DNA from: Chrysomallon squamiferum
Taxonomy: Eukaryota; Animalia; Mollusca
NCBI GenBank assembly: GCA_012295275.1
Contig: CM022673.1
Location: 806,001-870,000, forward strand
DNA: 64,000 nucleotides
Direction of reading: 5' to 3'
Shown: piece by piece, positions 1-14,045 of the stretch
How positions within the stretch are numbered: position 1 is the stretch's first letter
Layout of the letters: each line of letters starts with the position of its first letter
The notes under the pieces: generated by a model
Database searches by the model: none
Seen by the model: only the letters and a program-made list of their open reading frames with translations
Told to the model about the DNA's origin: nothing
Made by a program: the position numbers and the translations under genes

Positions 1-354
1 GACTGAAAAACAATAGAGCTAGATCTGCGGATATCAAACTTCCATGTAGGTAAAGAGATTATTAAATGTTTAATGTTAATTATGAAATATTTGGACTGAG
101 AAGTGATTAATAATTTTCTTTACGTAATCGTTTAAGACATGATTCTAAAACAGTATCGATTTTGCTTACAGTCAAAATTCGACCGTTAGAATATCCGTGA
201 ATTATTTTCAAAAAGATGTTTCATCTTTGGGGTATTCTTTTGATCTGAATGAATCATCTCATTTTCAGTTGCCCATTTGTATTTTTTATAATGAAACATT
301 AACACAAACGTCATCACCAGAAAGTACAACGATAACAACAGCGACAACAACAAA

Positions 355-880
355 CTTGTTTCTCATTTCCTAAAATCTAAATTGATCAGAAGCAACCGAA
401 TCGTTTTGTTAAATGTAAAATCTAAATTGGTTCAAAGGCTTTAAGATCAAACTTATTTCTTAATGAAACATATTATTATTCATTAAAACACTGGGACATT
501 TATTCCTGAAAATCTAGACTGGTCAAGAAGGCTTTGAGATGTTTCTTATTTCTTAAATCTGAATAGGTCAAAAAGCAATGAAACGTTTATTATTCGTGAA
601 ATCTAAATAGATCAGACAGGGTTTAGATATTTCTTGTCCCTCAAAATGTAAATCTGAGTGGATGAGTACCAGCGTGCAATTTTCTACTGGCAATCTGACG
701 ACAGATTTAAAAGCTCTGGGCCCAGAAAACTGCAGTGAGCTTTTTGAATTTTTTGTTTTCATACAGACAGGATACCATTATCGATTTGCATACATACACA
801 TAGACAGGGTTTAGACGTTTCTTGTCCCTCGAAATTTAACCAGATCAGAAATATTCAGTCGTTTCTTATTTCTTAGACCT
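355..880. repeat. Degenerate tandem repeat (ttcttatttc..aaaatctaaattgatcagaag-like units)
   Basis: Recurrent aaatctaaa / ttcttatttc / gatcaga motifs at roughly 40-50 bp spacing; interrupted by the orphan exon fragment. Confidence 0.5.
654..804 (+). pseudogene. Orphan copy of the 3' half of gene A exon 3 plus start of intron 3
   Basis: Near-identical to ~3808-3985. Reads EWMSTSVQFSTGNLTTDLKALGPENC, then the gtgagc donor, without the frameshift present in gene A. Flanked by ~39-bp imperfect direct repeats (614-653 and 802-840). Confidence 0.85.
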
Positions 881-1523
881 ACAAGAAATTAAAGAAAAAA
901 CAAAACAAAAAAACAAAGAAGAAGAAAAAACATATCACAAAACATGAAACCATCCGCTTTAAAGAATAAAACTAATGAGTAATATCATGTTCTGGAAAAA
1001 TACATAAAAAAACAAAACAAAAAAAAACACTGACAAAAAGATAAGCTGTAATTTAGAAAACTACTGGTGAATATTGAGCAGAAGTTTGAGTTACAATGAA
1101 TCACTGGATCGATTCTAGTCAGAGACCCATTTCCTGTTTCCTTCACTACAAGTTTATCAAAGGTAATGACGTGCTTTCCTAAACATTTTTAGTCCATCAT
1201 CCTCTCTAGTTTTCTGAAATGACTTTGCCGATATGAATGATTATAACTGTCGGTTATAAATGTGTTGAGTGCATTCATCATTAAAGTATGTCATTTTGCG
1301 CGCGTGTGTGTGTGTGTGGATGTGTGTGTGTATGTGTGTGTGTGTGTGTTACACACTACAGACATTAAGGTTTTTTCCAATCTATTTAATGTGGGTATAC
1401 TCACATATATTCATAGATACTGATATGTGGATATATATAAAACTAATAATTTTCTTTAAGATATGATTCTAAAAGTATACTGGTTTTGCTTACAAAATGT
1501 AAGCAAAATGTCTAGTCTTCATT

Positions 1524-1567
<44 letters not shown>

Positions 1568-2268
1568 GTCCCCCCTTTATTTCATAAACTGACGTCTGAA
1601 TGCATAATTTTATTGCCGGTTTCCTATTTGTATCACCAAAAACTACAACAGCAGCAACAACAAACTTAACAAAATCTTTAAGTAAAAAAACAATTAAAAA
1701 AAACAACAAAAACAAACAGATATAACTAACATCCAGTGTTTTGCAGTAACAGAACTAACAGAGATACGAATACAGACCCTGCCTCCCTTTCGTTTCTGAG
1801 TGATCTGCGTGTCTGCTTGTATGTATGTGTGAGTGTGTGTATGTGTGTGTGTATGTGCGTGTGTATTGTTATTATTATATAGTTTTTGCCATTAGATACA
1901 GCATTTGTTCATGTAATTTTCATAATGCACTTCTGTGATCTTGTGTATCAGCTCTGTTGATAAAGTTTTAAAATCTCTGTCATGCCGTTTATTTTTTTGT
2001 GTGCTGCATGCCTGGCTGTATCGAATGTCTTTGTTTTCTGCGGTATGACTAAGATTTAAAACGGTTTTGTATTGCAGAAAAATATTGTTTTCATGCCAGT
2101 GTATGCCGCACACAAAGAGAGCTGAATTTACTCGTAGAACTGTAATGCAATTAATCCTGGAAACGCTACCGTAAAGACAATAAAAACGAAACATAAGTAC
2201 ATGCACATACGATCAAAGCTCATCATCATTGTTCATCCAGCTTTATTGCTAGTAGATGGAATTTACAA

Positions 2269-2315
2269 TGACGTAAATTAATATGTTATTAAAATATCAG
2301 ATGAAGGTATATAAA
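2269..2315 (+). promoter_or_regulatory. Putative core promoter of gene A (TGACGTAA motif plus TATA box)
   Basis: TGACGTAA at 2269-2276 and TATATAAA at 2308-2315, about 90 bp upstream of ATG 2397. Confidence 0.5.
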
Positions 2316-2396
2316 TGGATTAGGATGTTATTAGAATATCATTAGCCATTTGGAAAAGATTTCAGAAACCTTTAAGAAATCGTACAAGATTTCGGG

Positions 2397-2436
2397 ATGA
2401 CATTTCTGTGGTTGCTGTTTACTCTCACAGGTTAGT

Positions 2437-2479
<43 letters not shown>

Positions 2480-2918
2480 GCTACTACTACTTTACTACTA
2501 CTACTAAAACTTTACTACTACTACTACTTTACTACTACTACCATCAGCATTACTACTGCTACTATTATTACCGTCATCCTCCTCTTCCTCTTATTTATTT
2601 ATTTATTTATTTGTTTATTCATTTATTTATTGTTTTGAAATTGTAATTGAAATTATTCTCTTATTTCAGTATTTAATTTAATTTATATGTTATTATAAAA
2701 CAGTGGTCCCAGTAATGAGCTTTGGTTGAACGATATTCAAATAAATCGTATTTGTATCCAGTAAATGCATTAAAATCGATTATACGTTTATTATTAAGAA
2801 ACCATTTATTATTATAAAATAAATTTATAATTAACACCATTTATATCGATTTAACATTTCTAATAATAATAATAATGACGATGATGATGATGATGATGAT
2901 GATGATGATAATTGAAGG

Positions 2919-2964
<46 letters not shown>

Positions 2965-4837
2965 GAGATTAAAATGTTCCGTTGTTTTCTACCATTGAGT
3001 TACCCAATTATTCCAGTTGCTGAATACTTTAATACAAAATATTTTTAAAGGAAATACGTCTTGATTTAAAGATGTTAAAGAAATAATAATAATAAAACAA
3101 TTTCCAATAAATTTCCAGAATCTTTGTAATCTTATATATGTAAATTCGTATTTGTTTTATGGAAACTAAAAATTATTTGCTTTCTAATTATGTCGTAATT
3201 TTCGCTAGTATTTTCCGTATGTTGTTCTAATGATTATTTACCTTTAACTTTGACTAAATTGAAGTTTATTTATTTATTACATATTATTTGCTTTCTCCCA
3301 GTTATCACACAGTGTGTTGATGGTAAAAACTGTTTGTCTTGTTTCAATGATTACAGTACCGACAAAAGCACTGCTAAAGATACAAAAAAACAATGCGCGT
3401 AAGTATTTGAAATTTTCTTGCTGTTTGTAAATGAAAGACTATGATATCTTTTTATAGTCTTTCGTATTATGTGATTTTTAGGTCATATTTTATACTTCTT
3501 TATTTATTTATTTATTTTTATTTTTTTATATATACATCTATTGTTCTATTATCCTTTTTTTTAATACTATACTTTTATATATTGTAATAATAAACATAGT
3601 TAATACCAGTGATGTAACTGAATGTAAATATAATATAACTATTATAAGATTTTAAAAAACGAATCCATATATTTTGTATATATTCATTTAGTTAAAGACT
3701 CTGTTGCACTTAACAGTTGTGTGATAAACGTATTGTGTTAACTGACAGAGCACTACAGAAGATGGCTCAGTGTCTGATCACTGAGACTGGAACTGGCTGC
3801 GCTAAAACTGAGTGGACGAGTACCAGCGTGCAAGTTTTCTACTGGCAATCTGACGACAGATTTAAAAGCTCTGGGCCCAGAAAACTGCAGTGAGCTTTTT
3901 GAATTTTTTGTTTTCATACAGACAGGACACCATTATCGATTCACATATATTATACATACATGAATATTTGCATACATACACATAGATACGTTCGTACATA
4001 CACAGAAATATATACGTATGCTCATGTACATACAAACATATATACATACATTTCCTTCATTTCTGTCTTCTTATTTAAAACTCAACTAAATCTACACTAG
4101 CAAACTAACGCGTACTTGAATCATTCGCTGTGAGAGCTGTGTAATAACAGATAAAAGTCAAATTTAGTATTGTAGATGTCACACACTGAATACAGTTTTA
4201 TTAACATTCGAACTTTATTTATTTATTTATTTATTTACATACTTTTTATACAGATTTACTGATTGAATGATTATTTATTTATTTATTTATTTACAAACTT
4301 TATATACATATTTATTATTTATTTATTTGTTTGTTTGTTTTTTGTTTTAATTCAGAACTTGATGCACTCTGTACTCAGTGTCAGGCTAATTATCAGAAAG
4401 CAATTCAGACTCGGAATTCAAACACGAAAGATTCTCAAAAATGCGTGTAAGTATTTTCAATTAACCTGTCAGTCAAATATTTTGTTAAAACGTAGGTTCT
4501 TTTGTTCACTGATGACGTCGGAATATTGATATGCTGTAGTCTACGGCCTGAGTGTTAATAAAGTTCAGTTCATGTGTAGAATTATCTATACCTTGGCAAT
4601 GATGATGTCAGTGAATTTATTCTCACTATAGTACGGAGAAGAATTGGATATATATAATAATATAATTAAAATGCGTGGAAGTTTAACGTGGAGGACATTA
4701 CAGTTCTTAATAACAGACATTACTGTTATAATCGCAATGCACCATATAAAGACTTGTTTTCCTATCCACCAATATCTGTTAGGCTTAAAATATCAAACTA
4801 AATAGCTGATTCTTGTATTTCTCTCTGCCTGTATATT

Positions 4838-4870
<33 letters not shown>

Positions 4871-6052
4871 CTCTCTCTTTATATAGATATATAAATATAC
4901 AAACACATACGCTTAGACATCTTTCTTTCTTTTTCCTCATTCATACAAACGTAACCTTCACAAAGGTATTAATAGTTTCAGACGTCAAATCAGTAGAAAC
5001 AAATAAATTAAAGTCGGAAAAACTAGCTTGAGGTTTCCTTCAAACAAATCTCCTTTATTTTAAATGGCTTGCTTCCGAACTGATTTTGAATGCTGTACTT
5101 TAAAAACGAGTAAGTCTTTCGTCTGCTGTGTTGTAGCGAAGACTTCACTTACCTCAGCTGCGTGGAGGAAAGACCCTCGGGAGAATCTTCCTGTGATGGC
5201 GAATCCAGCCAGCCCAAGATGACCATTGAAGCGATGAAAACAGCTAAGGCGGACTGTTAGTTGTAGCATCAGTCACTCACTCATCCACTGACACACTGAC
5301 TGAGAGTCACTCACTCAGTGACCTACTCACTCACTCACTCACTAATTCACATACTGACTTAGAGTAACTTAATCAGTGATTCACTCACTCATCCAGTCAT
5401 TCACTCATTCACTCACCCACTAACTGAGAATAACTGACTCAATGAGTCACTGATTCATTGACCCAGTCACTCACCCAGTCACTCACTCACTCAGTGACTC
5501 ATTCACTCACTCATTATTTATTTTTATATTTTATTATATTTTATTCAAAGACATTCAGTTCACAGAAAACAAAACTTATAAATTAAGCAATAACTATTCA
5601 TGACTAATAGATTGTGGATTAACTATAATAATTGCTTAATAACGATTTTATTATCCCAGATAAATGGATATTTCCTCAGAAATCAATTTCAAGCAAAAAA
5701 GGTGATTGAAATAAATAAATAAATAAATAAATAAAATAAAATAAAATAAAATAAAATAAAATAAAATAAAATTGCAAAATACGCTTTGAATTTCACTAAA
5801 CTAAGCAAGGACACTTAAAGGAATTGTAGATTAAACCCAGAATTTACGACATGGTAACACTGACTGTTGTAGTCACAATACGTTTGGATAACCAATCAAA
5901 GTTTGCGTTATATGACGAACGATCGAGACAGACATTTTTATGGCAAATATTATTTTAATTATGTTCTAGGTGCTTATGCTGGATCATCTGGTATGAGATT
6001 GTCTCTGATCGTACTAGGAACAACTCTGCTTGCGTCTTTCTCGACATTTTGA
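2397..6052 (+). pseudogene. Gene A: six-exon secreted/GPI-anchored cysteine-rich protein gene with a 1-nt frameshift in exon 3 (pseudogene or sequencing error)
   Basis: Exons 2397-2430, 3302-3398, 3749-3889, 4356-4446, 5137-5255, 5970-6052, all GT-AG, phases 1-2-1-2-1. Removing G3834 gives MTFLWLLFTLTVITQCVDGKNCLSCFNDYSTDKSTAKDTKKQCAALQKMAQCLITETGTGCAKTEWTSTSVQFSTGNLTTDLKALGPENCKLDALCTQCQANYQKAIQTRNSNTKDSQKCVEDFTYLSCVEERPSGESSCDGESSQPKMTIEAMKTAKADCAYAGSSGMRLSLIVLGTTLLASFSTF* (187 aa). Same Cys spacing as genes B-E. TATATAAA at 2308; AATAAA near 6101 and 6290. Confidence 0.8.
5270..5515. repeat. Degenerate (CACT)n/(TCAC)n microsatellite in intron 5 of gene A
   Basis: cactcactcactca runs interspersed with cagt/gact variants. 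Confidence 0.8.
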
Positions 6053-6583
6053 TTTCAACCGCTGCCAAGGTGATGGCGGTAACCTTTGACCTCTTGAGTA
6101 AATAAAATACCACTGACAAGTGTTGTGCGTTTCTATTTCAGTGAAATCTTCAAGGTCTACAAGGTAACACTTGACCTAATCGGTGCGTACATTTAATTAT
6201 AGTGTTTCGATGCTAAAGCTTAAACTGATGACGTGACTTTCAGTTCACCGATTAACACCAGTTGTCTTTTTATGTTCCTTATGTATGTGAATAAAATTTC
6301 CTTTTCGTATTGACACTTTGCTATCGTTTGTTCTTAAGTAATTTAATTACTTAATAAATGCATACATACATTCATACATAAAATGTATGTGTACTTATAC
6401 ATATGCATACACATAAATTATACATTCATTCAAACATACATACAGATATACATATTTACATTCATCCATTCATGTAGCATTTGTATTTTTTTTATTTATT
6501 TATTTATTTATTATTTTACATTGAGGTTGATAAATTTTGAAAATTTAATGTCATATCCGTTGGATCCGCTTCTGATCTGAATA

Positions 6584-7325
6584 CAGTGGTATCTTGACTT
6601 ACGAGTTTCATTCGTTCCGTGACCGAGCTCGTAACTCAATTTTCTCGTATATCAGAATCAACTGAAATTAACTGAAATACCATTAATCCGTTCTAGCCCC
6701 CCAAAAAGCCACCCAATTTTTGGTAACGTGCTTGTAAATGAGAAAAGTGTATATATAAATGACAAATGTATAAAAACAAAATAAAAAGAATGTAAATAAA
6801 TATATTGGTTTTGTAAAGTGTATTTATCTTGGAGATTAGACAAATTATTTAAAGCCTTTGGCTGGAGTTACAGCCTTTATCGACTCCTTCAGCTTCAGTA
6901 TGGTACATGTCATAGAAGTACTACGGTTCTCCCGCCTGGCCAAGTTGACTACACGCATACCTCGCTTATGAGTTTCTATGATTTCATGCTTTATTCCAAT
7001 GGACATCATCCGCTTCTTCTTCTCAGCGCTCTCCTACTATGCACACATTTTCTTAGGATCCATGGTAAAAAAAAAGAAATTAAGCAAAATACTGCACAAA
7101 ATGCGAGCACAACCCAACAGACATACTTCAACGGCGATAAACACGTGAAGTAAACCAGTGATACGCGGGATGCTGGGTGAATGTTATGTTGTTCGTTGCG
7201 CCAAATGGCGTATCTGAAGCTAGCTCGTAACTCGGATTTTGCATCGCATCTCAAAGTAAAAAGTGACCGGTCTCGTAACTCGGAAAACTCGTAAGTTGTT
7301 GCACTCGTAAGTCGGGGTACCACTG
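6584..7325. mobile_element. Non-autonomous Tc1/mariner-superfamily (Tigger/pogo-type) DNA transposon / MITE
   Basis: TA|CAGTGGTATCTTGACTTACGAGT at the left end and ACTCGTAAGTCGGGGTACCACTG|TA at the right end: ~23-bp imperfect TIRs with TA target-site duplication, subterminal ctcgtaa motifs, no transposase ORF. Confidence 0.85.
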
Positions 7326-7954
7326 TATTTAAATTATCTGATTCAGAAAATATGTAAACGTTTTCACTATACAATATTCAAAGGGAAATAACTCCATCCT
7401 GAGCAATTTTAAATATCGTCGATTTTTCGACATCTTAATTTAAGTTGATATTTATTTATTTTTTTAATTTTTATTGTCGAAATTTAATTAATTTTCATAG
7501 ACCTTTCTACGCTTGTGACCCTATCCTCATTAAACTCATCAGCTACTGACCAGCTTGCTCGTTCAGTGCTCGAGGTTATCCCCGAGTTCACGAAATGATG
7601 CGAACAGAAGCGAAAAATTCCGATTGTAATTTCTTTTCGAAACAGATCGAGCATTTTCATTTTCTGCCAGTCTTATATAGAAGGTAAAATGTATGCTCAA
7701 ATGTATCTTCTTTTGCTTACAAAAATCTTGTCAGGGGTCGATTATTTAAAACAGGAATGCTGGATTGGCTAAAACTTCAACGGATGCCTTTTTGTTTGAA
7801 TTAACTTTTCCAAGCACAAAAAGGAATTAAGCTATTATTTTAAATATATTATTTTCCTTTTATTTCTTTTTATTCATTTATTTTTTAATTTTTATATGGG
7901 ATTGTTTGTGTTTCTTTGTATGCGTTTACCTTTGTGTGTGTGTGTATGTATGTA

Positions 7955-7996
<42 letters not shown>

Positions 7997-8299
7997 GTGT
8001 GTATATGGGGATACTCATTAATACATATACATGCACACGCTTTGACACACAAATAAATAAACAAACATATATACCATTTCTAGGGCACTGGCTGTACAGG
8101 ATAAATAGCTCAATTGATCCACCAAGACAGATAAATCATTTAAAACATCATAGTCCAGCTGAGCGCTGAACGATCGTCCTCTTTTGTGAAAACCAACAGA
8201 CTGTGAAACTTTGTAAATTACTGTGTTCCTTCGAGCAGAACCAAGCTTTCGTCTGAGCAATAACATTTCCAAGTTTAAAACGAGAGAAAATGTTTTAGT

Positions 8300-8306
8300 T
8301 TAACAT

Positions 8307-8351
<45 letters not shown>

Positions 8352-8982
8352 AATAATAATAATAATAATAATAATAGTATTGGTAATAGTCGTAGAAACA
8401 AAAGCAGTAGTAATAATAATAACATCATCAACAACAATAATAACAACAAATGGAACAAAAACAACAATCAATCACAAAATGAAAAAAGCAGTTGTGATAA
8501 TAACAATATGTTGTATAACAACGGTAGATAACATTAGTACTACTATTACTACTACTACTACTACTACTACTACCACTACATCTACTACTACCACCACTAC
8601 TACTATTATTTCTACAACACCTACTACTAATATTACTACTACTACTACTAACACTACTACTACTACTACTGTTACAACTATTATTCCTACTACTACTACC
8701 AAAACCATTACCAACCAGCGACTACTAGTGTTAATGTTAATGCTAATACTGTTATTATTATTTCTATAACAGTAACAACTTCTTCTTCCACTACTACTAT
8801 TTCTATCACTAATACAAATACTACCACTACTTACACAATCACTACTCCGACTACTACCTCTAGTACAGCAACTTCTACTACCACTACTATTGCTAATACT
8901 GCTACTACCACGAACAGAACAATTACTACTACTTCTGCTATAATTATTACTACTATATTACTACAATTACTACCACCACCAT

Positions 8983-9020
<38 letters not shown>

Positions 9021-9060
9021 TACTAGTACAAGTACTATTACTACTACAACTAATAATAAA
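8300..9060. repeat. Compound (AAC)n/(AAT)n/(ACT)n trinucleotide microsatellite
   Basis: Directly visible; produces the spurious Thr-rich and Val-rich ORFs at 8380-8769 and 8472-8714. Confidence 0.85.
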
Positions 9061-9581
9061 CATGAAATTGAAATCAACAAACGTAAGAACTTTCTTTTCG
9101 GAATACTCTGATCAAAGGACATGTTAACATAGCCAAACAAACAAACAAACAAAACAACGTAAAAATAAAATGACTAGAACCGAATAATAACATTTTTAAT
9201 AATCAACTGGGAATCGTCTTTCTTATTAGTTCAGTCTAGTTTAGATCAGAAAAAAAAAAAAAATGAACTCCGACAGATTTTAAATGGTTCTGTTGCCACT
9301 TTGACAAAGTATTTTCTTCTGTTTGCTTTTCTCCAAGGCTTGCTGTTTTAAGACAGATTATTCAGTCGACCCAAATTCAATATAATCATCGCAGCGTAGA
9401 AAGGTAAAATAAATTATTAAGTGGCTCTATGAGAGGGTTGCTCTGTACACGTAATAATATTGTTAGATGACTCATAACTGCGTGTTTTCTTAAGTCTGGT
9501 TTGCGTGTGTAGTTACAGGTAATAACGACAAAATAAGCGACTTGTAAATTATATATAATTTGTTAAATTGGATAGATAGGT

Positions 9582-9674
<93 letters not shown>

Positions 9675-9759
9675 TTATTAGATAATGCATACACTGCAAA
9701 TAAAACATTATTACGGAGAGAGATTTACTTATTTTTATTACTGAAATTAATTTCGCATT

Positions 9760-9947
9760 TACCCAAATATATATGTTTCTGAAATTTCATTTAAAAATCA
9801 GAAATGGCAGTGGATGATGGATTTGATTGGAAAACGTTCTTAAATAAAATATTTTAGTAACTTAAAGAGAAGAAACTGACAAAATGAAAAACAGATAAAT
9901 AAATAAATATGGTTACATCAACAACAAAACAACAACAACAACAATAA

Positions 9948-9979
<32 letters not shown>

Positions 9980-10168
9980 GACAAACCAGATTTCGGGAAT
10001 TTTAAATAGAGTTCTATCAAATGAAACCTTATAATGGGAAACGTGATGAACTGTTTCTAAAAGATATCTTCTTCGTTCTTTGAAAAGTGACGTTATTCTA
10101 TTGTCATCCCAAACTTTTTTCGTTTTTGTTTTCATAAAATTCATTTTAGCGTAGCAATATCTGTGTGT

Positions 10169-10231
<63 letters not shown>

Positions 10232-10724
10232 TGTTTGTGTCATTCTGTCTCTCTGTGTGTGTTTACGAATTAAAAATGAAAAACTCAGTATATTCAGAAA
10301 TATTTTTGATTTTTGATTTTTTCTGAGTAATACATCTTTCTTTTTTTTTTTTTCTTTACTTTAGAAATTCGAATTAGTTTTGTAGACCAATTTAATATAC
10401 ATTACAGTGTGTTTAGGTCGTGTTTGTTTTAAAGCTGTTAAGTGTGTACTGAGCCGATTTTGTCTACATATTTATTGTATTACCGTTATAGTTTAAAAAC
10501 ATTTAATTCCATACAGAAAACATTTTCAAAATTATATACAAAATCATTCAGGTAATCTAACAAATATGGTTTTCTAGAATCATAAAATCTGTGTTTGTGC
10601 GTTTGTATACATGTATGTATGTATGTGAGTATGTAAGTGTGTATCTATGTATGGATGTATATTTATATGTATGCATGTTTATATGTATATGTATGTATGT
10701 ATGCATGTATGTATGTATGTATGC

Positions 10725-10760
<36 letters not shown>

Positions 10761-11027
10761 GGTATTTGTTTTGTTATTGTAGTTGTTGTTAGTATGCATT
10801 CGGTTTTATTAGTGTTATTATTTAAATTTTTTATTTTTTCTTCAATCAATGTAACTACAAGATTGTAGAAAATCTTGTCATTCATAATTTACTTTATTTC
10901 TTCTCTGTTGTTTTACCTCCAACTGATTGCGTCGTTTGTTTCTATGTTATTATTGATCTGTTTGTTACATGCTTAATTTTTAACAATATTTCTGTTCTAA
11001 TTAACCCACTGAGCAATTTCAGAGACT

Positions 11028-11030
<3 letters not shown>
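9760..11030 (+). repeat. Left arm of an old diverged inverted duplication (partner ~14620-16020)
   Basis: Colinear reverse-complement matches: 10070 cttcgttctttgaaaag vs 15530; 10260 gtttacgaattaaaaa vs 15385; 10865 gtagaaaatcttgtcattca vs 14745; 10950 tattgatctgtttgttacatg vs 14660. Confidence 0.7.
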
Positions 11031-11319
<289 letters not shown>

Positions 11320-11779
11320 GAGATCAACATATAAGATCACTGTAATGTTTGTCTGTGTCTCCTTCTACCTCTCTTTAACTATGTCTGTCTTTCACTTCTC
11401 TGTCGCTTTAATTTTCTGTTTCTATTTGTAAATATGTATGTATGTATGTATATATCCATACACACACCTCTATTTATCTGTCTGTCTCTTTAACTGGCTG
11501 TGTGTTTGCCTTACTGTCTAACTGTCTAAATGAATTAATTACAAAAATATTTGAGTGATTAATCTTTTGAAACAGCTCTCTTAAAAAATTACATTCCTAT
11601 CTTTTTTTTTTTAAATTTATTTGTTCCTTCATCATCGATTCTGTGTAAATCTGTAAGAATCAATCCACATGAGTTTGTATGAAGCGAAATCAATGAAACA
11701 AAATTCCATAACAGTTACCAAACAGTGCTTTAATTCTAGTCCTACTTGTAATAATAACTGTTAATAATATTAATTTATA

Positions 11780-11990
11780 AAGGAGCGGATCTCTTACGAA
11801 GCTAAATGAACTAAAGCTTGAAGGCCCCTCGAAGAAACTTTAGTCCATGTTGCCTCAAAGATTTTAATCCAAAATTGAGATATCGTTGTTAAACTAAAAA
11901 AACGAAGAAGAATAAAACCTCTTTGGTGCTTGCAAAGGGCCCCATAACAGTTCAAGGTTCAGGGCCTCAAAAATGTTAGTCCGCCATTGA
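11780..11990. mobile_element. Possible small degenerate hAT-like MITE
   Basis: GC-richer island with imperfect inverted ends (aggagcggatct ... agtccgccattg) and internal ggcccc/gggcc motifs typical of such elements; TSD not identified. Confidence 0.35.
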
Positions 11991-12747
11991 TTTTGTTAGC
12001 TTTATTCTTGAACTCTTTCATAATGAAAGGCATTTACCATACCTTCTCTTTATTCTGTCAAACGAAATAAAGTCCAACAACAGCACCAAATGATTTAATA
12101 ACAAACACTGCAAAAGGCAAGAATAAGTTTCTACCTGTTTGCTGTTGTTGTCGTCGTAGCTGCTACTTTCGATTGTAATCATGATAAATGTGAAATATTT
12201 TATTGTGGTTAAGCAATCAGTCTTACTATTTATTTCAGTATTGCATAGAAAACGTTCAGTTTAATAATAATAATAATTATGATGATGATGATAATGATGA
12301 TGATAATAATAACAACAATAACAACAGCAACAAAGTATTTCAGCTGCAATGTTGATGATGATAATAATCACAACTACAATAAAAACAGCAACAACAACAA
12401 ATACTACTACTACTACTACTAATAATAATAATAAATGGACAGATTTTAAAATATTATTATAAAATTAAAACCTCTTTTATGTTAACAGACACACACACAC
12501 ACACACTCACACACACTCACACATATACAAATACACTCAGATACACAAATACACACATAAACACACTCATACAAAGAAGCATTCTATAAAAATGCACAAA
12601 TACATACATACATACATACATACATACAAAAACAAATACACGTACATAATTTACATTATTGATATCTATAATTAATAGCAAAGCTTGATAAATTGTATTT
12701 GTCTTGACTGACATTATGGAAATTGTTGTTGTTGTTGATGTTGTCAG

Positions 12748-13015
12748 TGTTAATGCTAAACATTTATTGTCCTGTCGACTAGGTCACCTGGTTGTTTTTA
12801 CTGTTATATTTCTCCAGAACCGAAACCGATCAATGTGTAGTTTGAACATTAACGAAATTACTTCAACTGGCTTTTAGTCAGAGGATAGAACATTTTTGTT
12901 TGTCTTCTGTTGGAAACTGAAATCAATTAACTTGCCTCAGTTCACAACTGGACCAGTCAGTTGGTACAAATAAATAACACTTATAATTTATGTATAGTTA
13001 TTATAATATTAAACA
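12748..13015 (+). repeat. ~260-bp non-coding element, copy 1 (copy 2 at ~22646-22895)
   Basis: First ~70 bp identical (tgttaatgctaaacatttattgtcctgtcgactaggtcacctggttgtttttactgttatatttctccagaac); remainder similar. Confidence 0.8.
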
Positions 13016-13053
13016 ATTCTTTTTTTAAAAAATCATATTATATAAATATCTAA

Positions 13054-13156
<103 letters not shown>

Positions 13157-13844
13157 CTGAACACTGATATATCGCTGATTAGGCAGTCAACATTTCTTCT
13201 TTTAGGCTATTTCTCGCTTCACAGCTGATTTATGAAAAGAAATCTGATACCGAATAAAACGACCCTGACCTATCTGTACATTGTTATTTAACGTGCTGCT
13301 GTTTAGTCCATGGGATAAAAATAAAAAATTACACAAACGGATATTTTATACACGAGTTAGAAAACAAAACTTCAAGACCTGTCCAGGCTGATAACAAATC
13401 AAACAAAGAAGTTATTATGTTTGTGTTTTTAAGTTTGTGTTACCTGCATTTATCTATGGTCTGTGGTCTGAAAGAAAGTAATTAAAATTGACATATATGG
13501 GACATGTAGTTTCTCGTTCTGACTTCACGTAGAGCGATTTTACAAACCATCTCTCTTTCATGAACTATCACGTTTATATTATAGACATTTTTGCTTATCT
13601 ACAAAATATTGTCTTCGTGCTTATTAGGTTAATATCGCCAGTCAAAATGCATTAAACACTTGACAGGTGGGTTGAACTCTCATAAACCCGTGGATTCCGA
13701 AAATAGTTATGTGCTTTGGGACTTATCACGTCTGTATTATAGATATTAATTCGTTTTTCATAACGCTTATGTCTTGTGTTCAATACCTTCGCATCAAATG
13801 ATTTTTTATTTGAAGTTAAATAAACATATCAAGAGGTGCTTAGC

Positions 13845-14045
13845 GTGTTGTTCCAACTGACTTACTAAAGGCAATGCGCTGTGTTTTCCGATCTGTGGGA
13901 ATGTGGGTAGAAAACATCATCTGTTGCTGACAAGAAAGGAGTAGGCCACTGCAAGCTGGAAGCGGGTTTCTTTTTTATTCTTGTTATCAGCTTCGTGCTT
14001 AACCAATTTCACAACGACATATAATCCCTGGTGCAACAGAACATT
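13845..14045 (+). mobile_element. Degenerate SINE core, MetaSINE-like
   Basis: Motif order caactg..aaaggc..tctgtggga..tgttgctg..gagtag..agcgggtttc..cttaacca..catataa resembles, from memory, the Meta-domain SINEs common in molluscs; not verified by alignment. Confidence 0.35.

Noticed and set aside
1523-1567. Poly-His / poly-Asp coding segment
   Set aside because: Simple (CAT)n microsatellite in intergenic sequence with no exon context.
6818-7374. ORFs inside the MITE as a transposase
   Set aside because: Short, with no HTH or DDE/DDD motifs; the element is too small to be autonomous.
8380-8769. Thr-rich mucin-like ORF with hydrophobic tail
   Set aside because: Lies entirely in an (AAC/AAT/ACT)n compound microsatellite with a non-ATG start and no supporting splice structure.
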